Source of the DNA: Nanobdellota archaeon
GTDB taxonomy: Archaea; Nanobdellota; Nanobdellia; Pacearchaeales; GW2011-AR1
Reading direction: 5' to 3'
DNA: 64,000 nucleotides
Assembly (NCBI GenBank): GCA_038045705.1
Contig: JBBSXO010000003.1
Coordinates: 150,949-214,948, forward strand
The position numbers and the translations under genes are program-made. Below, piece after piece: positions 18,786 to 28,990 of the stretch (the first letter of the stretch is position 1; each line of letters opens with the position of its first letter). The notes below the pieces were generated by a model that searched no databases, was not told the DNA's origin, and saw only the letters and a list, made by a program, of their open reading frames with translations.

Positions 18786-19391
18786 CTAAATCTTCCCAAC
18801 TAACCCAATTCCAGGCTTCAAAGTCTTAGCACCAGCTTCCCACTCAACAGGGCAAACTTCTCCACCATGTTCACGAACATACTTAGCAGCTTGTAATTTG
18901 CGTAAAACCTCTTTTACACTTCTACCAATAGAGTTATCATGAATATCTGCACATCTAATAATTCCATCAGGATCAATAATAAATGTAGCTCTCAAAGCTC
19001 TTCCTTCATCAACTCCCTCATTAATATAAACCCCATACAACTTACTTATTTTTCCAGAATTATCTGCAAGCATTGGATATTGTATCTTCTTAATTGAAGC
19101 AGATTGATCCCACCATGCCTTATGCACGTGTTCACTATCCGTACTTACACTCAAAATTTCAGCATTTGCTTTCTTAAAATCATTATACATATCAGCAAAT
19201 CTTCTCAATTCAGTAGGACATACAAAAGTAAAGTCTCCTGGATAAAACGCAAGAATAACCCACCTTCCAAACAATTGACTCAATTTAATATCTTTAAACT
19301 TATTCTGATGAAAAGAATGAGTGATAAAATCAGGTGCTTTCTTTCCAACTAAAGTTCCAAAGCTAACAGCATTATTTGAATTTTGTTGCAT
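18786..19391 (-). CDS. ahpC: 2-Cys peroxiredoxin
   Basis: FYPGDFTFVCPTE and EVCP. Confidence 0.95.
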   Translation of the reverse strand: MQQNSNNAVSFGTLVGKKAPDFITHSFHQNKFKDIKLSQLFGRWVILAFYPGDFTFVCPTELRRFADMYNDFKKANAEILSVSTDSEHVHKAWWDQSASIKKIQYPMLADNSGKISKLYGVYINEGVDEGRALRATFIIDPDGIIRCADIHDNSIGRSVKEVLRKLQAAKYVREHGGEVCPVEWEAGAKTLKPGIGLVGKI

Positions 19392-19395
19392 TTTA

Positions 19396-19617
19396 TTAAT
19401 TCCAAGAACCCTTTTCTAACAAAAGGTACATATCATTCTTATGTTTAGCATTCTTAAACATTATTGTTTTAAAGTCAATATCACAAATCTCTCCAATTTT
19501 TTCTTCACGTAAATCTCCAGAAGTCCTAACAGAATTAGAAATTTTGATTTTAGACAAATCTTTTCCAAATTTGTCAAGAAGTGCATGTGCTTCAAATTTT
19601 ATTTTATCATTTTCCAT
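19396..19617 (-). CDS. gatC: probable amidotransferase subunit C (divergent GatC)
   Basis: 73 aa directly after aspS; LREE..FKNA..EKGSW resembles archaeal GatC; gatA and gatB in window. Confidence 0.55.
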   Translation of the reverse strand: MENDKIKFEAHALLDKFGKDLSKIKISNSVRTSGDLREEKIGEICDIDFKTIMFKNAKHKNDMYLLLEKGSWN

Positions 19618-19618
19618 T

Positions 19619-20935
19619 TTAAGGTGTCAATCTATCTCTATCCCTGGGGAACATAGTAGCTTCACGAACATTGTCCAATTCACAAAGAAGCATGGTCAAT
19701 CTCTCAAGACCTATTGACCAACCAGAGTGTGGTGGGGCACCATACTTAAAAGAATTAACATAATCCATCAGTCCATCTGTTTTCATTCCCTTATGTTTTA
19801 TTCTAGCAAGAAGTAATTCAGGCAAATGGATTCTTTGTCCACCGGATGAAATCTCAAGACCTTTGTAAATACAATCAAATCCCTCTGAATATTCTGCATT
19901 AGAATTTGCATCTTTGGGCATTATATAAAATGGTTTCAAAGAAGAAGGCCAAGAATGAACAAACACAAGAGTATCAGGATAAATTTCTCCAAGTTTCTTC
20001 TCTGCTTCAGGGCTTAAGTCATCTCCGATAGCAATTTTCAAACCAGCTTTCTCTAAAATAGCAATAGTCTCATCATAATGAATATATTTTGCACTAGGAA
20101 CTTTAAATTTCAAACCAAGCAATTCAATTTCAGATTTATTTTTTTTAATGACTTCCGAAACAATATGTTGAACACATTTTTCTTGTAACTTCATTACATC
20201 CATCTGAGACATAAAAGAACATTCAATATCCATTTGCCTGATTTCATTAATATGTCTAACAGTGTTATGCTTCTCAGCTCTCCAAACTGGAGTAATCATA
20301 AAAGTTTTTTCCATAGAACAGGCAACCATTTCTTTATATAATTGAGGACTTTGAGCAAGACAAGCTTCACGCTCAAAATATTTTACCTTGAACACATCTG
20401 CGCCTCCTTCAGAAGCAACACCTATCAAGCAAGGAGGTTGCATTTCGATAAATCCTTCTTTAACAAAAAATTCTCTGAATGACGTAGAAATAGTATGTTG
20501 TATTTTGAATATTGCTTGGGCTCTTCTTCTATGAAAATCAACATACCTATAATCAAGTCTCTTAGGTAGTTCAGTCTTAGAAAAGTCAGAAACATCAATA
20601 GGTAAAGGATGTTCAGCAGGGCTTAAAATCTCAAAATGTTCTGGAACAATTTCACGTCCGCCAGAAGCCTTCTCACTCTTTTGTATTTTTCCAGAAATTA
20701 AAACGACACTTTCACGAGAAACTTTCTGCATTAAATCAAAAACTTCTTTAGAAGACTTATCTTTATGAGATGTAACTTGAATTTCTCCAGAAAAATCACG
20801 AAGTACAAGAAATCTGATTTTTCCCAAGTCTCTCTGATCATAAACCCATCCTGCAATAACCACATTATCCCCAGCATCTTTGACACTTAATACAGAAATC
20901 ATTTTTCTATCATTAAGTAAATTCCAATAATTCAT
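19619..20935 (-). CDS. aspS: archaeal-type aspartyl-tRNA synthetase, probably non-discriminating
   Basis: OB domain AGWV..RDLG, QSPQLYK, WRAE..RH, SGGQRIH, GLERL, FPRD. Confidence 0.95.
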   Translation of the reverse strand: MNYWNLLNDRKMISVLSVKDAGDNVVIAGWVYDQRDLGKIRFLVLRDFSGEIQVTSHKDKSSKEVFDLMQKVSRESVVLISGKIQKSEKASGGREIVPEHFEILSPAEHPLPIDVSDFSKTELPKRLDYRYVDFHRRRAQAIFKIQHTISTSFREFFVKEGFIEMQPPCLIGVASEGGADVFKVKYFEREACLAQSPQLYKEMVACSMEKTFMITPVWRAEKHNTVRHINEIRQMDIECSFMSQMDVMKLQEKCVQHIVSEVIKKNKSEIELLGLKFKVPSAKYIHYDETIAILEKAGLKIAIGDDLSPEAEKKLGEIYPDTLVFVHSWPSSLKPFYIMPKDANSNAEYSEGFDCIYKGLEISSGGQRIHLPELLLARIKHKGMKTDGLMDYVNSFKYGAPPHSGWSIGLERLTMLLCELDNVREATMFPRDRDRLTP

Positions 20936-20966
20936 ATCAATCAAAGATAAACTGCTTTTTTAAGCA

Positions 20967-22028
20967 TTATGCAAATGGTTTTCTATATAGATTTGCGCAA
21001 GATTGTAAGCCCGCACCATAACCGAAACTAAGCAGATAACTTCCAGGCTCGGCACCTTCCACAAATTGTTTAACTCTTCTTCCCTGAGAAGCAGTTGAGG
21101 TATTGTGAAAATTAGCTAAATCCACATCTAGAACTAATCCACATTTTTGTAAAAATCCTGGATAGTTTTGATCAATATTTTCTAAGCACCTTAAGTTGGC
21201 TAAATGAGGTGCAATATAAGAAATTTCATCATAAGAAACACCATTGGAGTTAAATCTCCAATCTGTAAGCTTAGTTAGAAGTTCTTCCCATTGATTTATT
21301 ACATATGTAAAAACTCTTTTTCCATCCATTTCTAAAACTGGACCTATCACCTTTCTAGATTCAGCTCCATTATCTAATATGTCTAAAGCGCTTTCTAAAT
21401 CAACTTTAGGCTTATCTAAACATTTAATCAAATCTCTATCTTTTCCACTTCCTTTAGAATGGTGTCCCATAAAACCAACATCGCGAGCTCCAGCACCTAA
21501 AATATAAGCTGAGGCTCCGTCTCCAAATAATATGGCTGTGGATCTATCTGCATAATCAGTAACATTTGAAAGTTTTTCAGCACCCATAACTAAAACAGTA
21601 TTAAACTGTCGCCCTTGTATCAATCTATCCGCATACATAAGAGCAAAATTTATACCTCCACAACCTGCTCCTAGATCAACTCCTGATGCTCCATCTTCAA
21701 TTAACTCTGGATGAGATGATGATAATTGGTCTTGAACATAACCTGCAATATTAGGGAAAGCGTGTCTTGAAGTATTCGTAGCTACAATAACATGCTGTAT
21801 TGGGTGAATATTCTGCCATAAATTTTCAATTGCATCTTGATCAGCTTTAACTGCTAATTCACCTATACTTTGATTAGGAGCAACCATGCGGTTTCTAATA
21901 CCCGTTCTCTGAACTATCCACTCATCGTTTGTATCTTGACCACTAGCTCTTAATATTCTCTCCAAATCATGATTTGTTAAAAATCTTTCACCAGTAGAAG
22001 TTCCAACAGACTGGATTACGGAGCCCAT
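20967..22028 (-). CDS. FabH-like 3-oxoacyl-ACP synthase III (KAS III) family protein
   Basis: WIVQRTGI, GAGCGG (Cys), LFGDGA, PHLAN (His), NTSTAS (Asn), FGYGAG. Confidence 0.85.
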   Translation of the reverse strand: MGSVIQSVGTSTGERFLTNHDLERILRASGQDTNDEWIVQRTGIRNRMVAPNQSIGELAVKADQDAIENLWQNIHPIQHVIVATNTSRHAFPNIAGYVQDQLSSSHPELIEDGASGVDLGAGCGGINFALMYADRLIQGRQFNTVLVMGAEKLSNVTDYADRSTAILFGDGASAYILGAGARDVGFMGHHSKGSGKDRDLIKCLDKPKVDLESALDILDNGAESRKVIGPVLEMDGKRVFTYVINQWEELLTKLTDWRFNSNGVSYDEISYIAPHLANLRCLENIDQNYPGFLQKCGLVLDVDLANFHNTSTASQGRRVKQFVEGAEPGSYLLSFGYGAGLQSCANLYRKPFA

Positions 22029-22134
22029 AACTAAAATTCATAATCTCTCTTTAAAAAGATTTCATCAAAACTATGAAAAACAAACATTTAAATATTTAAA
22101 CGTAATTTAGTGTTTAAACAAGATTACATAAAAA

Positions 22135-22350
22135 ATGGTAAGTATAACAGTATCAATTCCAGAGGATATAAAGAAAAAAATGGAAAATTTTCCAGAAGTA
22201 AACTGGTCAGGATTAGTAAAAAAAATAATAATTGAAAAAGTTGAAAGATTAATGTGGAAAGAAGAAATGCTAAAAATGTTAGAGGGAGAAAAAGAGTTTA
22301 CAGATTGGGCAGTAGAATTAATCAGAAAAGGTAGAAATAATAAGAAATGA
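22135..22350 (+). CDS. antitoxin (RHH/CopG-like)
   Basis: ITVSIPE..FPEVNWS; overlaps PIN gene. Confidence 0.8.
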   Translation: MVSITVSIPEDIKKKMENFPEVNWSGLVKKIIIEKVERLMWKEEMLKMLEGEKEFTDWAVELIRKGRNNKK

Positions 22351-22745
22351 AAATAGTGGTTGATACCAATGTATTATTTAGTTTCTTCTGGAAAGAATCA
22401 ATAACAAGAAAGTTAATAATTAATTTAGGCAATTTGCTATTATCTCCAAAAAAAGCAAAAGAAGAATTGAATAAATACTCTAGAGAAATAATTCAAAAAG
22501 CAAAGATCAATCAAAAAGAATTTGATAATTTACTAGTCGAATTAGAAAGCTATATAAATTTTATAGAATTAAAGGATTATAATGATTCTATTGAAAATGT
22601 AAAAAACAGCATTTTAGACAAAGAAGATTATGATTTCCTAGCGCTTGCATATAAAAATAATTACATTTTGTGGAGCAATGATTTGTTTTTAAAAAGACAA
22701 GAATTAGTGAAAGGGATTACAACAAAAGAGTTATTAGAAGACTAA
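22347..22745 (+). CDS. PIN-domain toxin
   Basis: VVDTNVLFS, DYDFLALA, WSND. Confidence 0.88.
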   Translation: MKIVVDTNVLFSFFWKESITRKLIINLGNLLLSPKKAKEELNKYSREIIQKAKINQKEFDNLLVELESYINFIELKDYNDSIENVKNSILDKEDYDFLALAYKNNYILWSNDLFLKRQELVKGITTKELLED

Positions 22746-22756
22746 TTTTATAATGT

Positions 22757-24202
22757 CTAACCCAAAACTCTTTCAATTAATTCAATTGTTTTCTTAGTAT
22801 CAAGTTTTCCTTTAAACTTAGCCATTAACATCCCCATATAAGCATTAGCTCGCATTCCTGGTTTTTCCTTGATTAATAAACGAATTTCTTTCTCAATCTC
22901 ATTGTCATCTATCTTTTCAATCTTAATAGCTTCAGAAACTTTAATGCCCTCGAGTATTTTAATCAAAACAGGTTTAACATCACTAACAATAATTCTTCCA
23001 TCATTCAAAGCATTCAAAATATCTTCATAAACCTTCTCCGTCAAAATATTCTTAACATCTAAAAATGTCTTCCTGCTCTTAGTTGCAAATTCCTGTCTCC
23101 ATAATGTAACCATTTTAGCAACTAAGTTTGCATCTTTAGGATAAACATCAAGTAGTATTTGAAATTCATCGAGTGCCTCAGAATTATCTAAAACTAATTC
23201 AATCAAATCTTCTGAAACTCCTTTCTTGCGAAGTTCATCGCGCATATCAGTCTTTAATTTAGGTAAATTCTTCTTCAAATAATCAATTCTCTGTTTTCCC
23301 ATCCTTAATAAACTCAAATCAGTTTCGGGATACATTCTATCGGCTCCCGGCATTGGACGAAGAAATTCACTTTTACCATCAGGCAAAGCATTTCTAACAT
23401 CTCCAATATTTTTCTTACCTTTCAAATTTTCTAACTGACGATCAATTTCACAATCAATAGTTTTAATCATCATTTTAGTATCTTGAAACCCCTTTATCTC
23501 AACTCGATCATGTCCTTTAATGGAAACATTCACATCCTGGCGTATAGTTCCTATTCCTCTTTTAACTTTACAAGCTCTTAAAATTTCTCCTAACTTAAGT
23601 GCACATTCCTTAACTTGTTCTGGTCTAGTTAAATCTGGATAAGTTGCAATTTCAACAAGTGGAATTCCTAGTCTATCTAAACGATAAACAACTTTATCAT
23701 TTTCACGAGAAATAACACGAGCAGAATCTTCCTCTAGACAAACAGTTGCAATTCTAACATCTCCATAAGAAGTTTCAATTTTACCATCATGAGCAATCAA
23801 AACAGTTCTCTGAAATCCTGAAGTATTAGAACCATCAATAACAGTCTTACGCATTACTTGAGTAACTGAATAAATCTCACAATTCAATAATAAAGAAACA
23901 GTTAAAGCAGTATTAAGAGCTTCTTCATTTACTGCATGTGGTGGTTCATCATCTAACTCCACAAGAGAAACAGTGTCTCTATATCCTTCATAAAAAAAAG
24001 TCTTCGCAATAGAAGCTTCATGACTTACAGCTTCATCAACATTTCCGCTTTCACCAGCAACAGCATGAAGCTTACGAGAAATCACATAGTGAGGCTCATC
24101 ATTTCTCAAGAAAGAAGGAGCCCCAGAAAACAGTTTCGGAGTATCAAGCTGTTGATGTATTTCAAGCCCTGCCTTAAATCCTAGGTCCTTATAGTTATGC
24201 AT
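22757..24202 (-). CDS. gatE: Glu-tRNA(Gln) amidotransferase subunit E (short form)
   Basis: GLEIHQQL, DGSNTSGFQRT, RGIGTIRQDVN, PGADRMYPETD. Confidence 0.95.
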   Translation of the reverse strand: MHNYKDLGFKAGLEIHQQLDTPKLFSGAPSFLRNDEPHYVISRKLHAVAGESGNVDEAVSHEASIAKTFFYEGYRDTVSLVELDDEPPHAVNEEALNTALTVSLLLNCEIYSVTQVMRKTVIDGSNTSGFQRTVLIAHDGKIETSYGDVRIATVCLEEDSARVISRENDKVVYRLDRLGIPLVEIATYPDLTRPEQVKECALKLGEILRACKVKRGIGTIRQDVNVSIKGHDRVEIKGFQDTKMMIKTIDCEIDRQLENLKGKKNIGDVRNALPDGKSEFLRPMPGADRMYPETDLSLLRMGKQRIDYLKKNLPKLKTDMRDELRKKGVSEDLIELVLDNSEALDEFQILLDVYPKDANLVAKMVTLWRQEFATKSRKTFLDVKNILTEKVYEDILNALNDGRIIVSDVKPVLIKILEGIKVSEAIKIEKIDDNEIEKEIRLLIKEKPGMRANAYMGMLMAKFKGKLDTKKTIELIERVLG

Positions 24203-24237
24203 GAATCAGAAACAAAAAGGTTATTATTAAAGATTAT

Positions 24238-25242
24238 CTAATCATATCTAAATATTTTATAACCCAAACAAGATTTTTTATCTAGAAGATCGTGTAATAT
24301 CCCATCATTAGTATCTGTCCTTATTTCTATAATACCTCTCTTCCTATTAGTTACAGACACATGTACAGGCTTATCTTGATGAATAAAATGATTCCTTAAT
24401 ATCTTCTTAACACCTACAACCTCATCAGGATTTGAAAAACCAAAAAGTTGAATCTGGTAATAAGGAAGATTATCATAATCTCCTATTAAACTATCCATTC
24501 CTGCATTAATTTTTGAAGCGATATAATGGATAAACTGTCCTTCAGGACTTTCAATTTTCGGAGGAATCCCCATAAGCTCCGGAGCACGAATATCCCCATC
24601 TGCTTCTCTTTCCTTAAAATGGCATTGTGCTGAGTGAATTAAATCATTATAGAATGTTCTTTCTCCAGGAGCAAGAGCTACAGGAGCATAACTATTCTCT
24701 GCAAGAAGAACATTTTGAACAAGTCTACTAGTTCTTCCATTTCCATCTGAAAAAGGGTGAATACGTAAAAAATGCAAATGAAAAAGAATAGCTCTTTCTA
24801 CAGGATCAATTGAAATATCATTTACTAAATTATTCAAAGCATCCATTTGCTCTTTTATTTTTGCAGGATTTACCCCTGCATGATTATACCCTGCAATGAA
24901 GACAGATTCAGTACGATATCCTTTAATTGAAGGATTTAATATTTTTGCCAAACCAATTAAATAAGGTTCTGTCAAAACCCTCTTAAATTCCCTTTCTGAA
25001 TACTGCCTAGCATCTTCAAGTTGACCCCTTACTTGGCGAAAGTCTCTCCTAAGACCTATCCTACGAGACCTTACAGCCTGATCGGGTTCAGTGATTCTAG
25101 AATGGTAACTTGCCTCCAAATGAGCCACTTTAAGAAGAGCAGAGCGAAGTCCAGTCTCATCTGAAACTCTATTGACAAAAGTATCTCTCTTATGTCTCAA
25201 CTCTGTCAGTAAACCAGGATTTATAAAATGAGCATTTTTCAT
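24238..25242 (-). CDS. Fic-domain protein
   Basis: canonical HPFSDGNGRTSR motif. Confidence 0.92.
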   Translation of the reverse strand: MKNAHFINPGLLTELRHKRDTFVNRVSDETGLRSALLKVAHLEASYHSRITEPDQAVRSRRIGLRRDFRQVRGQLEDARQYSEREFKRVLTEPYLIGLAKILNPSIKGYRTESVFIAGYNHAGVNPAKIKEQMDALNNLVNDISIDPVERAILFHLHFLRIHPFSDGNGRTSRLVQNVLLAENSYAPVALAPGERTFYNDLIHSAQCHFKEREADGDIRAPELMGIPPKIESPEGQFIHYIASKINAGMDSLIGDYDNLPYYQIQLFGFSNPDEVVGVKKILRNHFIHQDKPVHVSVTNRKRGIIEIRTDTNDGILHDLLDKKSCLGYKIFRYD

Positions 25243-25303
25243 GAATAAATCTCAATAATCAATTATTTAAACCTTTCCATATGTAACCTCTATAGAGTTA
25301 CAA

Positions 25304-26575
25304 CTATCCAGTCAACAAGTCATTAAACTCACCACTAATATTCTCAAGCATCTTCTCACGAACTAATCCCTTCCAATTCTTATGCCCTAAAACCCAACCT
25401 AATTTTACAAATGCTGTTTCAGACAGCATATCTTCCAAATAGATTATACCCAAAGCCTCAAGTTCTCTTCCAGGAGAATAAACCTTAGGATTCAAACGAC
25501 CAAAGATAGTTTGAGAAGTAAAACAAATAGTAACTCCTTGTTTAATCAATCTCTTTAAAGTAGAAATCCAAGAATTCTCACCATCTGTAGCAACATGACC
25601 AAAACCAGTCGCAACTATAACAAGTCCTTTATAACCCTGTACTAAATAATAATCTAAAATAGAAGGGTCTTGACCAGGATAATAATAAATCAAACCAACT
25701 TTATCGCTAAAGTCAGCATCTAATTTTGTCAAACCATTATCTCGAGCATTATAATTAGATAAAAACTCTATTTTTGAAGGAAAAACTTTAGCAATTGGTT
25801 CACAATTAATGGGTTTAAAAGCGTCTCTTCTTGAACTATGCATCTTTCTAACTTTAGTTCCATGTAAAGCATAACAATAGTCATCATTTTCACTAGCATG
25901 ACCAACAATCATAACTTCGGCACAATCAGAAAGAGCCATTTGTACAGAACATTCCAAATTCAGTTCAGCATCAGAAGAAGCTCTATCAATGCTTCTCTGT
26001 GAAAAAGTCAAAACAACAGGTTTTTTCAAATCACGTAAAAAGAAACTCAAAGCAGAAGATGTATAATGCAAAGTATCAGTTCCATGAGTTACGACAACAC
26101 CTTTGATTTCAGGATCATTTAACATTTCTTTAACATGCTCTGCAATAGTTATCCAATGTTCAAAAGTCATATTTTCAGAAGCAGTCATAAAAGGAACTGA
26201 AATCTTCTTTATATTAGCAATTTCAAAAACTTTAGGGTAAAATTTAGCAAACTCATTAACATCAGTCAACCATGAAACTCCACCAGTTCTAGAATCAAGC
26301 TTAGCTGCAATAGTTCCGCCAGTTATAACAAGACCTATTGAATGTTTATTATTTGATTTAACAAGAGAACTTTTAGTTTTAATAACATTTCCTTTAAACT
26401 CTTCAGTTATATGAAGGTCAAGAATATTTTCTTTAGGGATTCCTATATTATAACCAGATTTCAACTTAAGTAAAACAACATTCTTATCATAACTTTCTAA
26501 AATAATGCCTTCAATTTCTTCACGAGCAAGCCTAATCTTAACTTTATCACCAGAACTAAAATTTAATTCAACCAT
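25304..26575 (-). CDS. gatD: Glu-tRNA(Gln) amidotransferase subunit D
   Basis: KLKSGYNIG N-domain, TGGTIA, HGTDT, SQRSIDR, RKMHSSRRDAF; ATG at 26575 preferred. Confidence 0.95.
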   Translation of the reverse strand: MVELNFSSGDKVKIRLAREEIEGIILESYDKNVVLLKLKSGYNIGIPKENILDLHITEEFKGNVIKTKSSLVKSNNKHSIGLVITGGTIAAKLDSRTGGVSWLTDVNEFAKFYPKVFEIANIKKISVPFMTASENMTFEHWITIAEHVKEMLNDPEIKGVVVTHGTDTLHYTSSALSFFLRDLKKPVVLTFSQRSIDRASSDAELNLECSVQMALSDCAEVMIVGHASENDDYCYALHGTKVRKMHSSRRDAFKPINCEPIAKVFPSKIEFLSNYNARDNGLTKLDADFSDKVGLIYYYPGQDPSILDYYLVQGYKGLVIVATGFGHVATDGENSWISTLKRLIKQGVTICFTSQTIFGRLNPKVYSPGRELEALGIIYLEDMLSETAFVKLGWVLGHKNWKGLVREKMLENISGEFNDLLTG

Positions 26576-26646
26576 AATTATCAGCGCAAAATTAGATATA
26601 AAAATCTTCGGATAACACTTAAATAACCTCAATTCTAAAATAAAAT

Positions 26647-27501
26647 ATGGGTAGAATCTCAACTGGATGGAAAATAGTCAAACAAAGCTTCCAAGTCATT
26701 AAACACGATAAAGAAATATTAATTTATCCTATCCTAGCGGGAATAAGTATCCTTTTAGTTATAGGAATATTAGGAATTCTAAGCATCTTAGGAATAGTAG
26801 GAGCATCAATCATCAGCCCAGATTTAAGTTATATCTCTCTTTTCTTTTTCTTTGGAGCAATCTTAGTTGTTTCTTATTTTATTTCTACATTTTTCCAAGC
26901 AGCAATAGTTACTTCAGCAACTATAAGATTCTCTGGAAAAAATCCAACACTAGCAGATGGTTTAAGAGCTCCTTCAAAAAGAATCCTATCTTTATTAGCA
27001 TGGGGTGCAATTAGTGCATTAGTCGGCACAATACTGTCTGCCATAAAAAGATCCTCATCTAATCGTTCACAAGGAATAACAATAGCTTCCGAGATAGGCA
27101 CTAGTTTATTAGGTACGGCATGGAAGCTCATTACATTCTTTGTAATTCCTATAATTTTATTTGAGAAACAAGGTCCAATTCAGAGCATTAAAAGATCTAG
27201 TACACTCTTCAAAAAAACATGGGGTGAAAACGTAACAGCCCAATTTAGTATAGCAGCTATATTGTTCCTAATTATTCTACCATTTATTTTATTAATAATT
27301 TTAGCAATACTTAGCGGAAGTCAAGCATTTATAATTACTAGTATAATTCTATTAACAATATCAATTATAATAGTCAATATTTTATCAATAAGTGTAAATG
27401 GAATATTAAGAGCAGCATTATACCATTATGCAATAAGTGGAAAGATGCCCCATATATATGATAATAATACTGTCAAGCAAATGTTTACAAAAAATAGTTA
27501 A
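26647..27501 (+). CDS. multi-pass membrane protein (DUF6159-like)
   Basis: about six TMs; IKRS..LFKKTWGE. Confidence 0.75.
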   Translation: MGRISTGWKIVKQSFQVIKHDKEILIYPILAGISILLVIGILGILSILGIVGASIISPDLSYISLFFFFGAILVVSYFISTFFQAAIVTSATIRFSGKNPTLADGLRAPSKRILSLLAWGAISALVGTILSAIKRSSSNRSQGITIASEIGTSLLGTAWKLITFFVIPIILFEKQGPIQSIKRSSTLFKKTWGENVTAQFSIAAILFLIILPFILLIILAILSGSQAFIITSIILLTISIIIVNILSISVNGILRAALYHYAISGKMPHIYDNNTVKQMFTKNS

Positions 27502-28940
27502 TAAGATTTAGCCACATAAACAACGTGCTTGGCAACTTTATCACAAACAATACATTTGCCTTCTGATTTTTCTTCAACTAAATTAGTTCCCCTAACTTCA
27601 GCACCAGTTTTCTCCTTAACTATTTCAGCACATTTCTTACCATCCATTTCTGTAGAACAAAATCCACAACGTACAATATTCCCAGCATCAATGGATTTCT
27701 TCATTGAATCAAGAGTCCTAGAGTTTACAATTCTATTATGAAATATTTTATCAGCTTCTTTAATTAAATTAGCAGTAAATTCATCTTTAATCAATTTAAC
27801 ATGTCTAATCAAATCTGTCTCAGCAATATTTTCTTTTTTATTCAAGTCTCTTCTAAACAAACTTAATTTTTTAGATTCAATTTCCTTTTCTCCAAGATCT
27901 ATTCTTATAGGTACTCCCTTAAGCTCCCACAAATTAAATTTCTCTCCAGGGCTTTTCTCGCTAGAATCAATCATAACATCGCAAAATTCGATTAACTTTT
28001 TTTCCAATTCTCTTGCCTTAGAAATAAGATTATCAGTATTTCCAATAGGAACTATGACTACATGATATGGTGCTATTTCCCAAGGGAATCTCAAGCCTTT
28101 ATCATCTCCATGAACTATAACAATACTTGCAAAAATTCTGGATATTGCGGGACCATAACAAGTAGTGTACACGTATTTATCAATTCCATCTTTATCCTTA
28201 TACTTAATATCGAAAGCTTTAGCAAAATCATGTTTAATTAAATGAGTTGAAGGCTGCTGAACAACTTTTCCATCAGGGTTTAATACATCAGCGGCAAAAG
28301 TCTTAGATGCACCTGGAAAAACATCCCACGCAGGCCTCTCAAATATTATAAAAGGCAATCCAAATTTATCATGTAACACTTCTTTAGTAATTTCCATATC
28401 TTCATGTACCTGTTTGAAAGCATCATCTTGAGTAGGAAAAGCACAATGCGTTTCTATCCAGTGAAATTCCCTACTTCTCAAAAATGGTCTTGTAGCTTTT
28501 GTCTCGTATCTAAATACTTGAGCTCTCTGATATGCTTTGAAAGGTAAATCTTTGTAGGATCTTATCCATAAAGCAAACATTTGATAAAATGCAGTTTCAG
28601 ATGTAGGTCTCAAAGCAAGTTTTTCCTCAAGTTCTTTTTCTCCTCCATGAGTAACCCAAAATACCTCGGGAGTAAATCCTTGAATGTGGCTTGCCTCTTT
28701 TTTGAAGTTGCCTTCAGGTATTAAAGTAGGAAACCAATAAGGCTTATGCCCTCTTCTTTGCAAAGCTTTTTCCATAAAATGATACATTTTTTCCATTACA
28801 AGAACACTTGAAGGTTGAAATACTAGAAACCCTTTAACATTAAACCTCATATCTGCTAATTCAGCTTTTTGCACTACTTCTGTAAACCATTCACTAAAAT
28901 TCTCGTTTTTTTTAACAGTTAAACCCTTTGAGTCAGCCAT
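27498..28940 (-). CDS. proS: prolyl-tRNA synthetase (archaeal/eukaryotic type)
   Basis: FSEWF, RPTSET, FRYE..PFLRSREF, WELKGVPIR, C-terminal AKSY. Confidence 0.96.
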   Translation of the reverse strand: MADSKGLTVKKNENFSEWFTEVVQKAELADMRFNVKGFLVFQPSSVLVMEKMYHFMEKALQRRGHKPYWFPTLIPEGNFKKEASHIQGFTPEVFWVTHGGEKELEEKLALRPTSETAFYQMFALWIRSYKDLPFKAYQRAQVFRYETKATRPFLRSREFHWIETHCAFPTQDDAFKQVHEDMEITKEVLHDKFGLPFIIFERPAWDVFPGASKTFAADVLNPDGKVVQQPSTHLIKHDFAKAFDIKYKDKDGIDKYVYTTCYGPAISRIFASIVIVHGDDKGLRFPWEIAPYHVVIVPIGNTDNLISKARELEKKLIEFCDVMIDSSEKSPGEKFNLWELKGVPIRIDLGEKEIESKKLSLFRRDLNKKENIAETDLIRHVKLIKDEFTANLIKEADKIFHNRIVNSRTLDSMKKSIDAGNIVRCGFCSTEMDGKKCAEIVKEKTGAEVRGTNLVEEKSEGKCIVCDKVAKHVVYVAKSY

Positions 28941-28990
28941 ACTCAAAAAAGAAGAGTAACACTTATTAAAGCTTATCTCCAAATAAAAAT

